This document shows, one piece after another, positions 44,687-54,108 of a stretch of 64,000 nt of DNA. This DNA is from a virus. Its lineage: Duplodnaviria > Caudoviricetes. Each line of letters opens with the position of its first letter. Positions within the stretch are counted from its first letter, which is position 1. A program made the position numbers and the translations under genes. The stretch is taken from IMG/VR virus record IMGVR_UViG_3300021426_000001; one strand, written 5' to 3'. Below the pieces are notes generated by a model. The model searched no databases and had not been told where the DNA came from. It saw only the letters and a program-made list of their open reading frames with translations.

Positions 44687-44860
44687 ATGCCTCAATTCAC
44701 TGCTCTCATCGTAACTCGCCACGTGTCTGGATCTCCAGCTACCTATACGCTGACTCACGAGATCAAAGACCGTAGAGCTATGTTCAACTACATCCTTGAC
44801 CGATACAGCACTGATGTCGCTGTCATCGAAAGCATCACAATCCTTGAAGAAGAGAAGTAA
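44687..44860 (+). CDS. Hypothetical protein (57 aa, not in ORF track)
   Basis: TAAGGAG RBS; MPQFTALIVTRH...ILEEEK fills the gap between neighbours. Confidence 0.65.
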   Translation: MPQFTALIVTRHVSGSPATYTLTHEIKDRRAMFNYILDRYSTDVAVIESITILEEEK

Positions 44861-44862
44861 CT

Positions 44863-45468
44863 ATGAAAGACTGGAACCCGCACATTGACAGACTCATCAA
44901 GATCGCCGAATCCATCGAGCTTGGAAAGCTCACTATTCTAACTGGATCTAACGGCTCTGGAAAGTCTGTGATCCGCAAGCTTCTTCCGACTCGAATTCAG
45001 GAGAAGCTCGGAAAGGACAGTCCAGAGCGTCTCGTCAGCTCTCTGTCCTTCACCTCTAGAACTTCTCTAGCCAGCTGGTGCGGAACCAACTTCCTTCGCG
45101 ACTCTGAATGGACTTCTACTGGCGACCACACTGTCCACTTGCTCAAGTCGATTGTCAATCACGACGAACGCTTCATCGTCCTGGACGAAGTAGAGCTCGG
45201 CATGGGAGAAGAGCTCCAGCTCTCTATCGCCAACTATATCAACTCTATCAAGGACGAAGTGCTCAAGAAGTCTTACGGCTTGCTAGTCATCACTCACTCC
45301 CGAATCGTCGCTAAGACGCTAAAGGAAGACGCATTCTTCAACATTGACGGCATCGAGACGAAGGAAGAATGGCTCAACCGTGAGATCGTTCCGACTGATC
45401 TGGACCAGTTCGAAAAAGACTGCGATGAGCTCTTCGTCGCTATACGTGATCGATCTCAGAAAGATTGA
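44863..45468 (+). CDS. Stand-alone ABC-type ATPase
   Basis: Walker A GSNGSGKS, 'STGD', Walker B IVLDE, H-loop ITHS. Confidence 0.8.
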   Translation: MKDWNPHIDRLIKIAESIELGKLTILTGSNGSGKSVIRKLLPTRIQEKLGKDSPERLVSSLSFTSRTSLASWCGTNFLRDSEWTSTGDHTVHLLKSIVNHDERFIVLDEVELGMGEELQLSIANYINSIKDEVLKKSYGLLVITHSRIVAKTLKEDAFFNIDGIETKEEWLNREIVPTDLDQFEKDCDELFVAIRDRSQKD

Positions 45469-45488
45469 GATTTTCTTGATTTTAGGGG

Positions 45489-45517
45489 TTTAGATTTCTC
45501 ACGGAAATGCCTATATT
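45489..45517 (+). promoter_or_regulatory. Early promoter (TTTAGA variant)
   Basis: GGGTTTAGA-N17-TATATT. Confidence 0.8.
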
Positions 45518-45552
45518 TTACGTGTAAAACAAATCAACAAAGGATCAAGAAA

Positions 45553-45954
45553 ATGCTCGAACCGACCTCTAAAGCTCTCCAATACTTCGAAGAAAAAGCC
45601 ATGAAGGCTATGAAGCGCAAAGTCGCTAAGGCTAAGAAGCGCCTCTCTAACTTCGAAAAGCACTACTTGGCCCTCAAGAATAGTCTCGTCAACGCCGACT
45701 TCACTGAACTCAACCAGATGTCAGATGACGAGAACACGTTCTGCTTCTACTTCACTACGCCGATGTTTCCGAAGGATCTCTTCCGTGTCGCTATGGAACT
45801 CAACTGCGACAAAGTATGGGTAGAGTCCACTCAGAAGAATGAACAGGGGATCACGCGCTGGACTTTCACTGGATGCTTCGAAGATGTCAATCGCGAAGAC
45901 TTCATTCAATACTTTGACCACGTCTTCTACGAACGCGGCCGTAAGCAATGCTAA
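45553..45954 (+). CDS. Hypothetical early protein
   Basis: 133 aa behind early promoter. Confidence 0.7.
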   Translation: MLEPTSKALQYFEEKAMKAMKRKVAKAKKRLSNFEKHYLALKNSLVNADFTELNQMSDDENTFCFYFTTPMFPKDLFRVAMELNCDKVWVESTQKNEQGITRWTFTGCFEDVNREDFIQYFDHVFYERGRKQC

Positions 45955-45969
45955 CAGGAGAGACACAAA

Positions 45970-46236
45970 ATGACCAAAGAAGAATTCATCAACACCTTGA
46001 AAGAAGAGGGCATCGACTTCGAAGATCGCGGCGACTTCATCAGTATCAAGGGCTGGATAGTCTGGATCGAATGCTCCAGCGGCGTCAAGACTGCTACAGT
46101 CTTCGTGGAAGAGAAGCCCTACAAGACTGGGTTCTACACTACTAACGAGAGGATTCCGACATGCTGCTTGAGTCGTGCTGATCTCCAGCCGATGATCGAC
46201 AAGTACCACAAGTGCTTTGGAAATTCTAAGAAATAG
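45970..46236 (+). CDS. Hypothetical protein
   Basis: 88 aa, AGGAG RBS. Confidence 0.7.
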   Translation: MTKEEFINTLKEEGIDFEDRGDFISIKGWIVWIECSSGVKTATVFVEEKPYKTGFYTTNERIPTCCLSRADLQPMIDKYHKCFGNSKK

Positions 46237-46238
46237 GG

Positions 46239-46267
46239 TTTACAAGATCCTGAGAAAATCCTATATT
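46239..46267 (+). promoter_or_regulatory. Early sigma70-like promoter
   Basis: GGGTTTACA-N17-TATATT. Confidence 0.85.
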
Positions 46268-46298
46268 TTACGTGTAGCTTCAACAAGGGATCAGGAAA

Positions 46299-46595
46299 AT
46301 GAGTTTACACACCGCTCGTAAAAGGATCGATGATCTTACGATAGACGAATTGGAACGAGAATTGGAATGCGCTTATAAGCTTTTTAGAGACATAAATTGG
46401 CGATACGAATACAATAGAAGAATGAATCAGTTTAAGCTGGATTTTCCGAATGCGTCTGAAACTGATATCAGATGTCAATATGCTAAAGAAGCGCATCACC
46501 TAGCCACTATCCTAAACGCTACTGGCGAGGATTATATCGATCTGCTGAAGACATTCATCAAGCTCAAGAAGGGTTTAGCTAAGGAGGAACTATGA
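46299..46595 (+). CDS. Hypothetical early protein
   Basis: 98 aa behind early promoter. Confidence 0.65.
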   Translation: MSLHTARKRIDDLTIDELERELECAYKLFRDINWRYEYNRRMNQFKLDFPNASETDIRCQYAKEAHHLATILNATGEDYIDLLKTFIKLKKGLAKEEL

Positions 46596-46951
46596 TCACG
46601 TTCAATGAACTCAAAGTCGGAGACAAGGTTATCTTCGTTGAAAGTTTCTGCAAGTTAGAAGAATTGACCATCAGTAAAATCGAAACTGAAGGAAAGATCA
46701 AGGGCCGTGCTCAGATCTACTGTGAAGGCGGTATGTCTTTCTATGTCGTTCTCAAGCAGTCCAAGAGCCACAGCTGTGATTCTAAAGACGGCTTACATTG
46801 CGGCTACATCTACACATGCAGAGAAGCCTACAAGAAAGCCACTCTCGCTGATCTAGCTTTGAGGCGTGCTAAGATCTTAGCACAGATCGACGAGTTCAAG
46901 CGGTTGGTCGAAAACGTAGACAAGGACATCGACGACGTGAAGGCTCTCTAA
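46592..46951 (+). CDS. Hypothetical protein
   Basis: 119 aa, AAGGAGG RBS, ATGA overlap. Confidence 0.7.
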   Translation: MITFNELKVGDKVIFVESFCKLEELTISKIETEGKIKGRAQIYCEGGMSFYVVLKQSKSHSCDSKDGLHCGYIYTCREAYKKATLADLALRRAKILAQIDEFKRLVENVDKDIDDVKAL

Positions 46952-46982
46952 ATCACAATCGTAAACAAAGTTAAGAGGAAAT

Positions 46983-47165
46983 ATGAACGCTTTTGAACTA
47001 TATCAACAACTCGGCAAGAAGTTTGAAGAAGACCCGACCACTAAGGAACTTCCAGTATGTGTCTGCGACGGTGAATGGGGCGAGATGGAAGCTACCGAAC
47101 TCGAATTCCGTCCAAAGAGCATCGTAGACGGCAAGCCGATGAACATGGTCCGCTTGGACTGGTAA
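46983..47165 (+). CDS. Hypothetical protein
   Basis: 60 aa, GAGG RBS. Confidence 0.65.
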   Translation: MNAFELYQQLGKKFEEDPTTKELPVCVCDGEWGEMEATELEFRPKSIVDGKPMNMVRLDW

Positions 47166-47203
47166 GTCCTGTAAATAATCTGTTACAAAAGAAGGGTTAG
47201 GAA

Positions 47204-47380
47204 ATGTGCGTAGAAAACGTAATGAGATCTGACATAGAGCACGAGATGGACATACAGAAGTGGCTCATGTCCGAGAGGGCTGGAAAAGATCTCGGAGAGT
47301 CTGCAAAGAAAAGATGGGCAGACGAGAATCTGTCCATCTTCATAAAGTCGTGGCACGACATGAACGACTGCGACGGCTAA
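47204..47380 (+). CDS. Small DUF4032-like protein (58 aa, not in ORF track)
   Basis: MCVENVMRSDIEHEMDIQKWLMSERAGKDLGESAKKRWADENLSIFIKSWHDMNDCDG; 'KW..SE.AG.D.G..A...W' pattern. Confidence 0.55.
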   Translation: MCVENVMRSDIEHEMDIQKWLMSERAGKDLGESAKKRWADENLSIFIKSWHDMNDCDG

Positions 47381-47607
47381 TCAACGGCGAACTTTATGCC
47401 GTCTGCTGCACAAGCAGCGCCTATAGCATCACAGACGGCTTGGCCTGGAACGAGAAACTCTTCCAGGCTCTCAAAGTCTATATGGACTTCACGGACTCCG
47501 TCTTCGACTCGGTCCGATATTCCAGTGTAGCCTCTCTGTTCGTTGACGTACTTGATCAGCCCTTCTGCTAGAGCGATCTTTGCTTTGTCCGAGAATACTC
47601 CAAGCAT
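47377..47607 (-). CDS. Hypothetical protein
   Basis: 76 aa coupled to topoisomerase B subunit. Confidence 0.6.
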   Translation of the reverse strand: MLGVFSDKAKIALAEGLIKYVNEQRGYTGISDRVEDGVREVHIDFESLEEFLVPGQAVCDAIGAACAADGIKFAVD

Positions 47608-49493
47608 CAGTTTACCCCCAGTAGAGTCTTTCTGTCGTCCTTGCCCTCTTTAGACATAGTCTTCTCTAGCGTCTCGATTGCAGTGTCATCCCACTTCATC
47701 TGAATTAGCTTTCTAGTCTTCGGAGATACGCACAGAGTAGCCAAGTCTTCAGCGTCACATTCTCCCCAGCCCTTGAGTCGAGTGATCATGTACTGCTTGC
47801 AGCCTAGCTTCTTCATCTTAGTCTCCACTTCGTTTCTGCTGTTTCCGTAGACTCTGTCGTTTGCGCCGTTAGCGAGGAACAGAGGAGCGTCGATCGTGTA
47901 GACATGTCCGTTCTTGATCAGATCAGGCATGTACTTGATGAAGAACGCGAGCAGAAGGTTAGTGATGTGTAGACCGTCAGTGTCAGCGTCAGTCAGGATG
48001 ATTAGCTTGCTGAAGCGGAGCTTAGACTCGTCGTACTGGTCTAGAACGCCGCAGCCGAGAGCAGCTGTGAGGTCTTTGATCTCTCTGTTTCCGTCCTTCT
48101 CAGCGCCCTTCTTAGTGCTTCCGAAGAGATCGGCTTGAGTGGCCTTAGCTGCGTTGATGATCTTTCCGCGAAGCTTCAGACAGGCCTGGAATCCCTCACG
48201 AGCTTGCTTGAAGTGACCGCCAGCAGAGTCTCCCTCCACTACGAACATCTCTAGGTCGTCGATGTTTCGGTACTTGCGTCTGTCAGCGTCTGAGAACTTG
48301 TCAGAGATGTAGCGTGCAGCGTTGCTCAGCTTGTTCAAGCCCTTGAGCATCTCCTTGTTAGCCTTCATCTTCTGACGCTCGTCATACATCTTCTCTGCGA
48401 ACTTGACGATTCTGTCTAGAGTGTCTTTGTTCTCCTTGAAGAACTTTCTGAGAGGCTTGTCCAAGAGATCCTGAACATCCTTCTCAGCGGAGACTGTAGT
48501 TAGCTCGTTCTTAGTCTGGCCCTGATACTGCGGATCTGCCATCTTGAAGTGGATAGCGCCGATTACGCCCTCAAGAATGTCGTCGCTGTTGATCGGCTTC
48601 TTAGAGTTCTCCTTGACCACGTCGCAGATGGCTCTTCTGAATCCCTTGAGGTGAGTTCCTCCCATGTCCGTGTAGACGTTGTTCACGTAGGATCTGAAGG
48701 AAGTTCCCTCGCGCTGAGTGAAGTTGACAGCAGCGTCGATGTTCTCGGCCGAGTAAGAGAAGATTACCTCTTTCTCCTTGCCCTCAGAGACCATGTCAGC
48801 GAGTCCAGCCTCTGAGTAGAACTCCGTCTCTTCTCCGTCGACGAAGAGCTTGATGTGCAGCTTCGGACAGAGATACTTCACGTCGTCTAGCTCACGCTTG
48901 AGACGGTTGATGTCCATCTCGATTCCGTCCGTGAAGATCTTAGAGTCTGGTCTGAACTGAACGATCGTTCCAGTGTCTTTGACCCACTTCTCGAACTTGT
49001 CGCATCCGCCCTTGGTGACTTCTCCGTCAGCGACTCCTCTCTGGAACTTCTGGTGCATCCAGACTTTCTTCTCGTTGTTGTTGGAGTATGCGACGAGCCA
49101 CTCAGACAGAGCGTTAGTGCCCTTGTTACCGACTCCGTTCTTTCCAGCAGAGATCTTGTAAGCTTCCTTGTCGAACTTTCCGCCTGCGTGCATCTGGCCA
49201 AATACGAGCCATAGAGCCGACTTTCCGGTCTTTTTGTTGATGCCCGTTGGAATACCGCGTCCGTTGTCAACTACCGTGCAGATGTTGCTTACGCTGCTGT
49301 AGTCGATCACTATCAGGTCATTGTGTCCGATGATGTACTCGTCAAGCGAGTTGTCTACGATCTCTCTGAGACAACGGTATAGAGCTGGAGCGTACTTTCC
49401 CGTAGTAGCTCCCATATACATGTCTGGTCTCTTTCGAACGAAGTCTGGATAGACGAGTCCCTCGATCGAGTTTGCGTCATAATTCTTGGCCAT
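47607..49493 (-). CDS. Type IIA topoisomerase subunit B (GyrB/ParE-like)
   Basis: 'VRKRPDMY', 'EIVDNSLDE', 'DNGRGIP', 'HAGGKF', 'VEGDSAGG', 'LRGKI', 'TDADTDG'. Confidence 0.93.
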   Translation of the reverse strand: MAKNYDANSIEGLVYPDFVRKRPDMYMGATTGKYAPALYRCLREIVDNSLDEYIIGHNDLIVIDYSSVSNICTVVDNGRGIPTGINKKTGKSALWLVFGQMHAGGKFDKEAYKISAGKNGVGNKGTNALSEWLVAYSNNNEKKVWMHQKFQRGVADGEVTKGGCDKFEKWVKDTGTIVQFRPDSKIFTDGIEMDINRLKRELDDVKYLCPKLHIKLFVDGEETEFYSEAGLADMVSEGKEKEVIFSYSAENIDAAVNFTQREGTSFRSYVNNVYTDMGGTHLKGFRRAICDVVKENSKKPINSDDILEGVIGAIHFKMADPQYQGQTKNELTTVSAEKDVQDLLDKPLRKFFKENKDTLDRIVKFAEKMYDERQKMKANKEMLKGLNKLSNAARYISDKFSDADRRKYRNIDDLEMFVVEGDSAGGHFKQAREGFQACLKLRGKIINAAKATQADLFGSTKKGAEKDGNREIKDLTAALGCGVLDQYDESKLRFSKLIILTDADTDGLHITNLLLAFFIKYMPDLIKNGHVYTIDAPLFLANGANDRVYGNSRNEVETKMKKLGCKQYMITRLKGWGECDAEDLATLCVSPKTRKLIQMKWDDTAIETLEKTMSKEGKDDRKTLLGVN

Positions 49494-49768
49494 TAAACAA
49501 ATTCCTTGACTAAGTAGTCTGTGAGATTCAATTTACGTGCTGAAATATAGTCAATTTTGATGAACTTTCCCTCTGCTGGATTCCAGAGGCAGAACTCAGG
49601 GCTCTTCATGAACTGCTTGTCTAGAGTGTCCATGACAGACAGAAAGCTCTCCAGCTCGAAGTAGTGAACGCCCTCTAAGTTTCCGCTAGCTCCAGCGAAA
49701 ATCTCACGATATTTTGACTCCAGGTCTTCCCCGAAGCTGACCATTATAGTGGGTCCATTGATACTCAT
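49493..49768 (-). CDS. Hypothetical protein
   Basis: 91 aa in operon. Confidence 0.65.
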   Translation of the reverse strand: MSINGPTIMVSFGEDLESKYREIFAGASGNLEGVHYFELESFLSVMDTLDKQFMKSPEFCLWNPAEGKFIKIDYISARKLNLTDYLVKEFV

Positions 49769-49777
49769 AAAAAATTC

Positions 49778-50083
49778 CTACATAAGACCATTCATCTGGT
49801 CATACTTTTTCGCTTCTTCACGCATCTTCTTGTTGATCGCGGCCTGTCTAGCGATGCGCTTCTCCTCTTCGATCTTTCTCTTGATCTCTGCGTTTCTCTC
49901 CAAAGCCCACATGACTCTGTATGGCACTATGGCTACGACAGCTAGACCCAGAGTAGCGAAGAAGTATGGGGCGACAAGCTTCACGAATGAAGCTGCCGTC
50001 TCACCGAACAGACCGATGCCCGTCATCACTGCCAGATAGAGGACGGTGACGATGGCGCTTGGTATGATCTTCTTCTTGTCCAT
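49778..50083 (-). CDS. Two-TM membrane protein
   Basis: Two hydrophobic helices and a charged C-terminus. Confidence 0.65.
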   Translation of the reverse strand: MDKKKIIPSAIVTVLYLAVMTGIGLFGETAASFVKLVAPYFFATLGLAVVAIVPYRVMWALERNAEIKRKIEEEKRIARQAAINKKMREEAKKYDQMNGLM

Positions 50084-50091
50084 CTTTCCTC

Positions 50092-50463
50092 TTACATTCC
50101 GAAGAGACCGGTTCTGGACATGCCGTTTGCTTGATCGCTCACGTTCTCAAGGAACTCGTCTGCGTGCTCGCCCTCTTCGAGGACCATCACGATCTCAGGC
50201 TCCTTGCAGACCCATACATCCTTCTTCTCTCCGTCCTTCTCGTAGTTGAGGTGGAGAGCAGCGATGTTGTTGATCACGACTCTGTCGCCTACATTCACGT
50301 TGGGCGGTCTACGCTGGCCGTCTGGATAGTAGCGGCCCGGACCGATCTTGATGACCGTGCCCTCTACGAGACCGATGGTCTTGTGGTCTTGCGGGATGTA
50401 GATTCCCTTGATCTGTGTCTTCTGTGGAACTTCGATTGCGATCTTATCGTCTACGATTCTCAT
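50092..50463 (-). CDS. groES: Co-chaperonin GroES
   Basis: 'DDKIAIE', 'GIYIP', 'GTVIKIGPG', 'VNVGDRVV'; start ATG 50463 behind AGGAG. Confidence 0.85.
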   Translation of the reverse strand: MRIVDDKIAIEVPQKTQIKGIYIPQDHKTIGLVEGTVIKIGPGRYYPDGQRRPPNVNVGDRVVINNIAALHLNYEKDGEKKDVWVCKEPEIVMVLEEGEHADEFLENVSDQANGMSRTGLFGM

Positions 50464-50514
50464 AGTTTTCTCCTGTGAGTTAACTTCAGTAATATACAAA
50501 TTTATAGCAGCTAC

Positions 50515-50538
50515 AAAAAAGTCCCGAAAACCGGGACT
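50515..50538 (-). terminator. Intrinsic terminator
   Basis: AGTCCCG/CGGGACT with T-run on minus strand. Confidence 0.65.
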
Positions 50539-50542
50539 ATCG

Positions 50543-51400
50543 TTAGATGTTCATGAGAAACTCTGACTTCGGTATGTCGTGCAGAGGAGGCTTCTCTTTT
50601 GTGCCGACAGAGTTGTTGACTGCCAGTATAGTCTTTCCGTCGATGTTGACTTCTTCGAGAATCTTGTCGTGAAGATGTCCGAAGTGCCATATCGTTCCTG
50701 ACTTGAGATTCTGAAGGATAGAGGATCCGTCGAAAGCGCTCAGACCGTAGTCAAGGCCCTTCTTCTCCAGATTCTCTGACTTCTTGATCAGCTGGATCGG
50801 CGCGAAGTGAGTCATGACGATCTTAGTCGTGGGCTCAGCTTCAGTTACTCTGTCCACAGCGCCGTTCTCGTACTCTGAGATCTCTGCCATAGACGTAGCC
50901 CAGCCGAGTTCGAACTCTCTAGCGTCCCTAGTCTCTCTCCAGCGCTCTTCAAGCGTAGACGGATCTCTGCTGTCGACTCCGTCAGAGTAGCAAGTTCCGC
51001 CAGAGACTCTCAGACCCTGCCAGTGGAACGAAGATCCCTTCAGGATGCTGAGCATGTCTACTCTGGTTCTCTTGTTGAGAGTAGCAGTCTCTAAGAACTG
51101 CTCGATTCTGTCTCTCTTAGTGTATGTAGTGAGCCCGCGATTTCTGTCTTCTTGCGTCAGTCTCATCTCGTGATTTCCGTAGATGTAGAAGATGTGGTCA
51201 TACATCTGCGATAGAACCGAGAATGTAGCGTAGATCGCGTTGACGCTAGAAGCGACATCGCCAGCTATACACAAGACATCAGCGGGAAGGCACCACTTCT
51301 CCAGCAGCTTCTTGTACTGAGCTGTGTTGGAGAAGCCCACTTGTGACTGTGTCTTAACCCACTGGTCAATGTGCAGATCGTTTATGAAGTATGCTTTCAT
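50543..51400 (-). CDS. Calcineurin-like metallophosphoesterase
   Basis: 'NDLHID', 'IAGDV', 'YGNHE', 'THFAP', 'FGHLH'. Confidence 0.88.
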   Translation of the reverse strand: MKAYFINDLHIDQWVKTQSQVGFSNTAQYKKLLEKWCLPADVLCIAGDVASSVNAIYATFSVLSQMYDHIFYIYGNHEMRLTQEDRNRGLTTYTKRDRIEQFLETATLNKRTRVDMLSILKGSSFHWQGLRVSGGTCYSDGVDSRDPSTLEERWRETRDAREFELGWATSMAEISEYENGAVDRVTEAEPTTKIVMTHFAPIQLIKKSENLEKKGLDYGLSAFDGSSILQNLKSGTIWHFGHLHDKILEEVNIDGKTILAVNNSVGTKEKPPLHDIPKSEFLMNI

Positions 51401-52882
51401 TTAGATTGCGAGTGCAGCGCAAGTCTTCCAGTTGACTGGATCAGAAGCCTTGAGCTTGCAGAGGTTGATCAGAGTTCTGAACGAGACCTGAGCCTTAGCT
51501 CTTCTCTCCAGAATGTTTCTGAACTCGGAGCTGAGCATGTACTCCATGACTTCGTTCTTGTCTTCTTCGTTAGTGATGTCGACTGGCTTTCCGTCGATCT
51601 TCTTAGCTGCGTAGTATCTGATGCCCGGAAGGCAAGTCTTGATTCTGTTGATCGTGTCAGTCAAGCTCAGCGTCACGTCGATGCTCATGCAGCGAGTGAG
51701 AAGAGCAGCGTCCTTCTGCTCGATCTGCTTCTTCGTCATGTTAGAGATGAAGATGATAGAGCCCTCGAACTCGAACTGAGACGGAACAGCGATCTTTCCG
51801 CCGTGCTTAGCAGAGTACTCGGCTAGAACTTCCTCGATCTCCTCGTGGCTCATTCCAGCCTTGACTGGAACTGTTCCAGCAGTGTCCCAGCCGACGATTC
51901 TCTCGGATCCAGAGTCTAGAACGCCCTTGAGGATGTTCATAGAGTCCTTGTCTGCGAAGACAGAGTCGCAGTCATCGAAGATGATGGTCTTGTTGTAGTT
52001 GTTGTACAGGAATCTATACATGGCGAACGAGCTGTTAGAGCCCTTCATGACGACGTAGTCCTGACCCTTGACGAGGCCGAGAACGTTGTTCAAGACCTTT
52101 CCCACTCCGAATGACTTACCGATACCGCCCTGACCAGTGATGAGAAGAGCTGGGTTAGCGCCCATGCCGACAGACTTCACGAGAATGTCCATCTGATCGA
52201 ACACGATCTTCGGATCCGCGTACTCTGTCTCGTCGAACTTCTTCACGGCAGAGTTGACTTCTGGAGCCTCTTCTGCCGTCTGCGGCTCGCCGACCGAGAT
52301 CACGTATGATCCAGACTCGGAAGTCTCTTTCTCTTCTCCGCCGAGAAGCTTTCTCAGCTTAGAGGCTGGAACGTCGAGCGCTCTCATGATCTGAAGGTCG
52401 CCCATGCCGTCAGCTTTCATAGCTTGAGCTGCAGCTCTCTTTCCAGTGTACTCGACACCCTTGTAGTTGTAAGAGTTGATCACTTCGTTGATCATGCTCT
52501 CGTTCACTTTTCCCTGAAAGAGCTCGTCGACAGCTGCTGGAAGAGCAGTAGCGAAAGACTCGGAAGATGCGAACTTGATCTCACGATCTGGCTGTGACCA
52601 TGTGCCGTTCGGCGTCAGATGAAGCTTGTTCCAGACTGACACAGACTTGAACTCGCCGGCGGGAGTGAAGTTCACGCCGACAGCTGTTCCCCAAGAGTCC
52701 TTGTAGAGGCCCTGAATTAGTCTCTCTGATCCCTTGATGATCGTGAGCTTGTCGATCATCGTGTACTCGCGGCCCACCTTCTTGCTGAAGTAGCTCACCA
52801 CGAGATCTGCTGCCTTGTCTGCGTTCGTAGGGGCTACCTTAGCCTCTGTCAGCAGGAACTGCTTGAATGATGGAATCTCCAA
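51401..52882 (-). CDS. AAA+ ATPase with capsid-targeting-like N-terminus
   Basis: 'ITGQGGIGKS', 'IIFDDCDS', 'IFISN', 'ALLTR'; N-terminal 'SFKQFLLTE'. Confidence 0.75.
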   Translation of the reverse strand: MEIPSFKQFLLTEAKVAPTNADKAADLVVSYFSKKVGREYTMIDKLTIIKGSERLIQGLYKDSWGTAVGVNFTPAGEFKSVSVWNKLHLTPNGTWSQPDREIKFASSESFATALPAAVDELFQGKVNESMINEVINSYNYKGVEYTGKRAAAQAMKADGMGDLQIMRALDVPASKLRKLLGGEEKETSESGSYVISVGEPQTAEEAPEVNSAVKKFDETEYADPKIVFDQMDILVKSVGMGANPALLITGQGGIGKSFGVGKVLNNVLGLVKGQDYVVMKGSNSSFAMYRFLYNNYNKTIIFDDCDSVFADKDSMNILKGVLDSGSERIVGWDTAGTVPVKAGMSHEEIEEVLAEYSAKHGGKIAVPSQFEFEGSIIFISNMTKKQIEQKDAALLTRCMSIDVTLSLTDTINRIKTCLPGIRYYAAKKIDGKPVDITNEEDKNEVMEYMLSSEFRNILERRAKAQVSFRTLINLCKLKASDPVNWKTCAALAI

Positions 52883-52897
52883 AATAGCCCCCTTCTA

Positions 52898-53572
52898 TTA
52901 GACCTTGAATGTGACGTCGACCTTGTAGTCGTCGCTGTCCTTGCCTGGATATGACGGAATGTTCTTCTTGATCAGAAGCTCAAGCTGGTTCTCTACCAAG
53001 CTTCTCTGATCGTCATACTCTCCCGGCTGGAAATCGAAGCTCTCTTCGAACTTGTTCCATGCGTCAGAGCTGCCAGCGAACTTGATCATCCATGTTCTCT
53101 TGCTCTTCGTTACGAAGTAGAAGATAGATGCGCTGTTCTCGCCATACGGACCTTCAACGCCCGGAGTTCCAGCAGTCGGCTCGTCGTCCCATGATCTAGA
53201 GACTTCAGCCTGACCGTGCTGCTCTGTGACTGTGATTCCGTACTGAGCGAGAGCTTCCTGAATAGCCTTCACGTCAATCCAAGTCCATGACTTAGTGACT
53301 AGCTCGCTGTTGTGACGGTTCATGCCAACTGTGCTTCCGCCGATTCTCTCTTCGTTGACCTGAGACTCGTTGATTCCGAAAGCTCTAGCGTTCATGTGAT
53401 ATACTCTGCGTCCCTCTTTAGTGGACATATCAGCAACTTTTACAGTGTCATGCTCGATTCGAACAGTAGCGACGTACTCAAAATTGTCGATAGACTCATT
53501 CAGACGGACTTCAAAACCGACAGATTCAAGAAGCTTCTTAGCGTTGATGAATTTTGACATTTCGCCTGTCAT
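52898..53572 (-). CDS. Hypothetical late protein, possible internal head protein
   Basis: TATAAATA at 53593-53600; AGGAG RBS; LLE/LNE/INE motifs. Confidence 0.7.
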   Translation of the reverse strand: MTGEMSKFINAKKLLESVGFEVRLNESIDNFEYVATVRIEHDTVKVADMSTKEGRRVYHMNARAFGINESQVNEERIGGSTVGMNRHNSELVTKSWTWIDVKAIQEALAQYGITVTEQHGQAEVSRSWDDEPTAGTPGVEGPYGENSASIFYFVTKSKRTWMIKFAGSSDAWNKFEESFDFQPGEYDDQRSLVENQLELLIKKNIPSYPGKDSDDYKVDVTFKV

Positions 53573-53607
53573 TGTATAATCTCCTGTTTTAGTATTTATA
53601 CTCTGAC

Positions 53608-54108
53608 TCACTTCTTCTTCTCTAGCTCTTCCTGTACGATGTCTCTCCAGCGCTTGCGGATGTACTCCTCTTCCTCTGGATCTAGGTCCTGGACGTACTC
53701 GCGAGCCTTCTTCAGCGTCATGTTGTACTCGTGCATGACGGATCTCAGAAGCTCTGGATCTTCCTCGACCTTCTTGTAGATCTTAGAGTTGAAGTAGTGC
53801 TTTCTCGGCTTGAGCGTCTGGCACATAAGCTCGTAGAAGTCCTTGTCTGAGAGCTCCATCTGAGAGACGAAGTTCAAGATCGGAAGGTACTCCTGATAGG
53901 TCGACAAGTACTTCATGATGACGTGCTGACTCATAGCCTCTCGCTCAGCGTCGTCTAGATCTTCCCACGGCTTCTTGTCCATGCTCATGTGGTCAACGAG
54001 AGAGAAGAGCGGGCTGCGCTTCTTCTCCTTCTTGACTTCCTCTGGTTCGGGATTTGCTAGCTTAAGTTGCTTCTTGAAGAGTGCGATACTCGATAGGCGC
54101 TTTGCCAT
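53608..54108 (-). CDS. gp62: Clamp-loader small subunit, gp62-like
   Basis: 'IMKYLS', 'FYELM...LKPRKHY', 'VMHEYNMT.KKAREY'; near gp44. Confidence 0.65.
   Translation of the reverse strand: MAKRLSSIALFKKQLKLANPEPEEVKKEKKRSPLFSLVDHMSMDKKPWEDLDDAEREAMSQHVIMKYLSTYQEYLPILNFVSQMELSDKDFYELMCQTLKPRKHYFNSKIYKKVEEDPELLRSVMHEYNMTLKKAREYVQDLDPEEEEYIRKRWRDIVQEELEKKK

Noticed and set aside
47260-47571. 103-aa plus-strand ORF from the track
   Set aside because: Overlaps the minus-strand 47377-47607 gene; the 58-aa ORF 47204-47380 fits the gap and carries a recognisable motif
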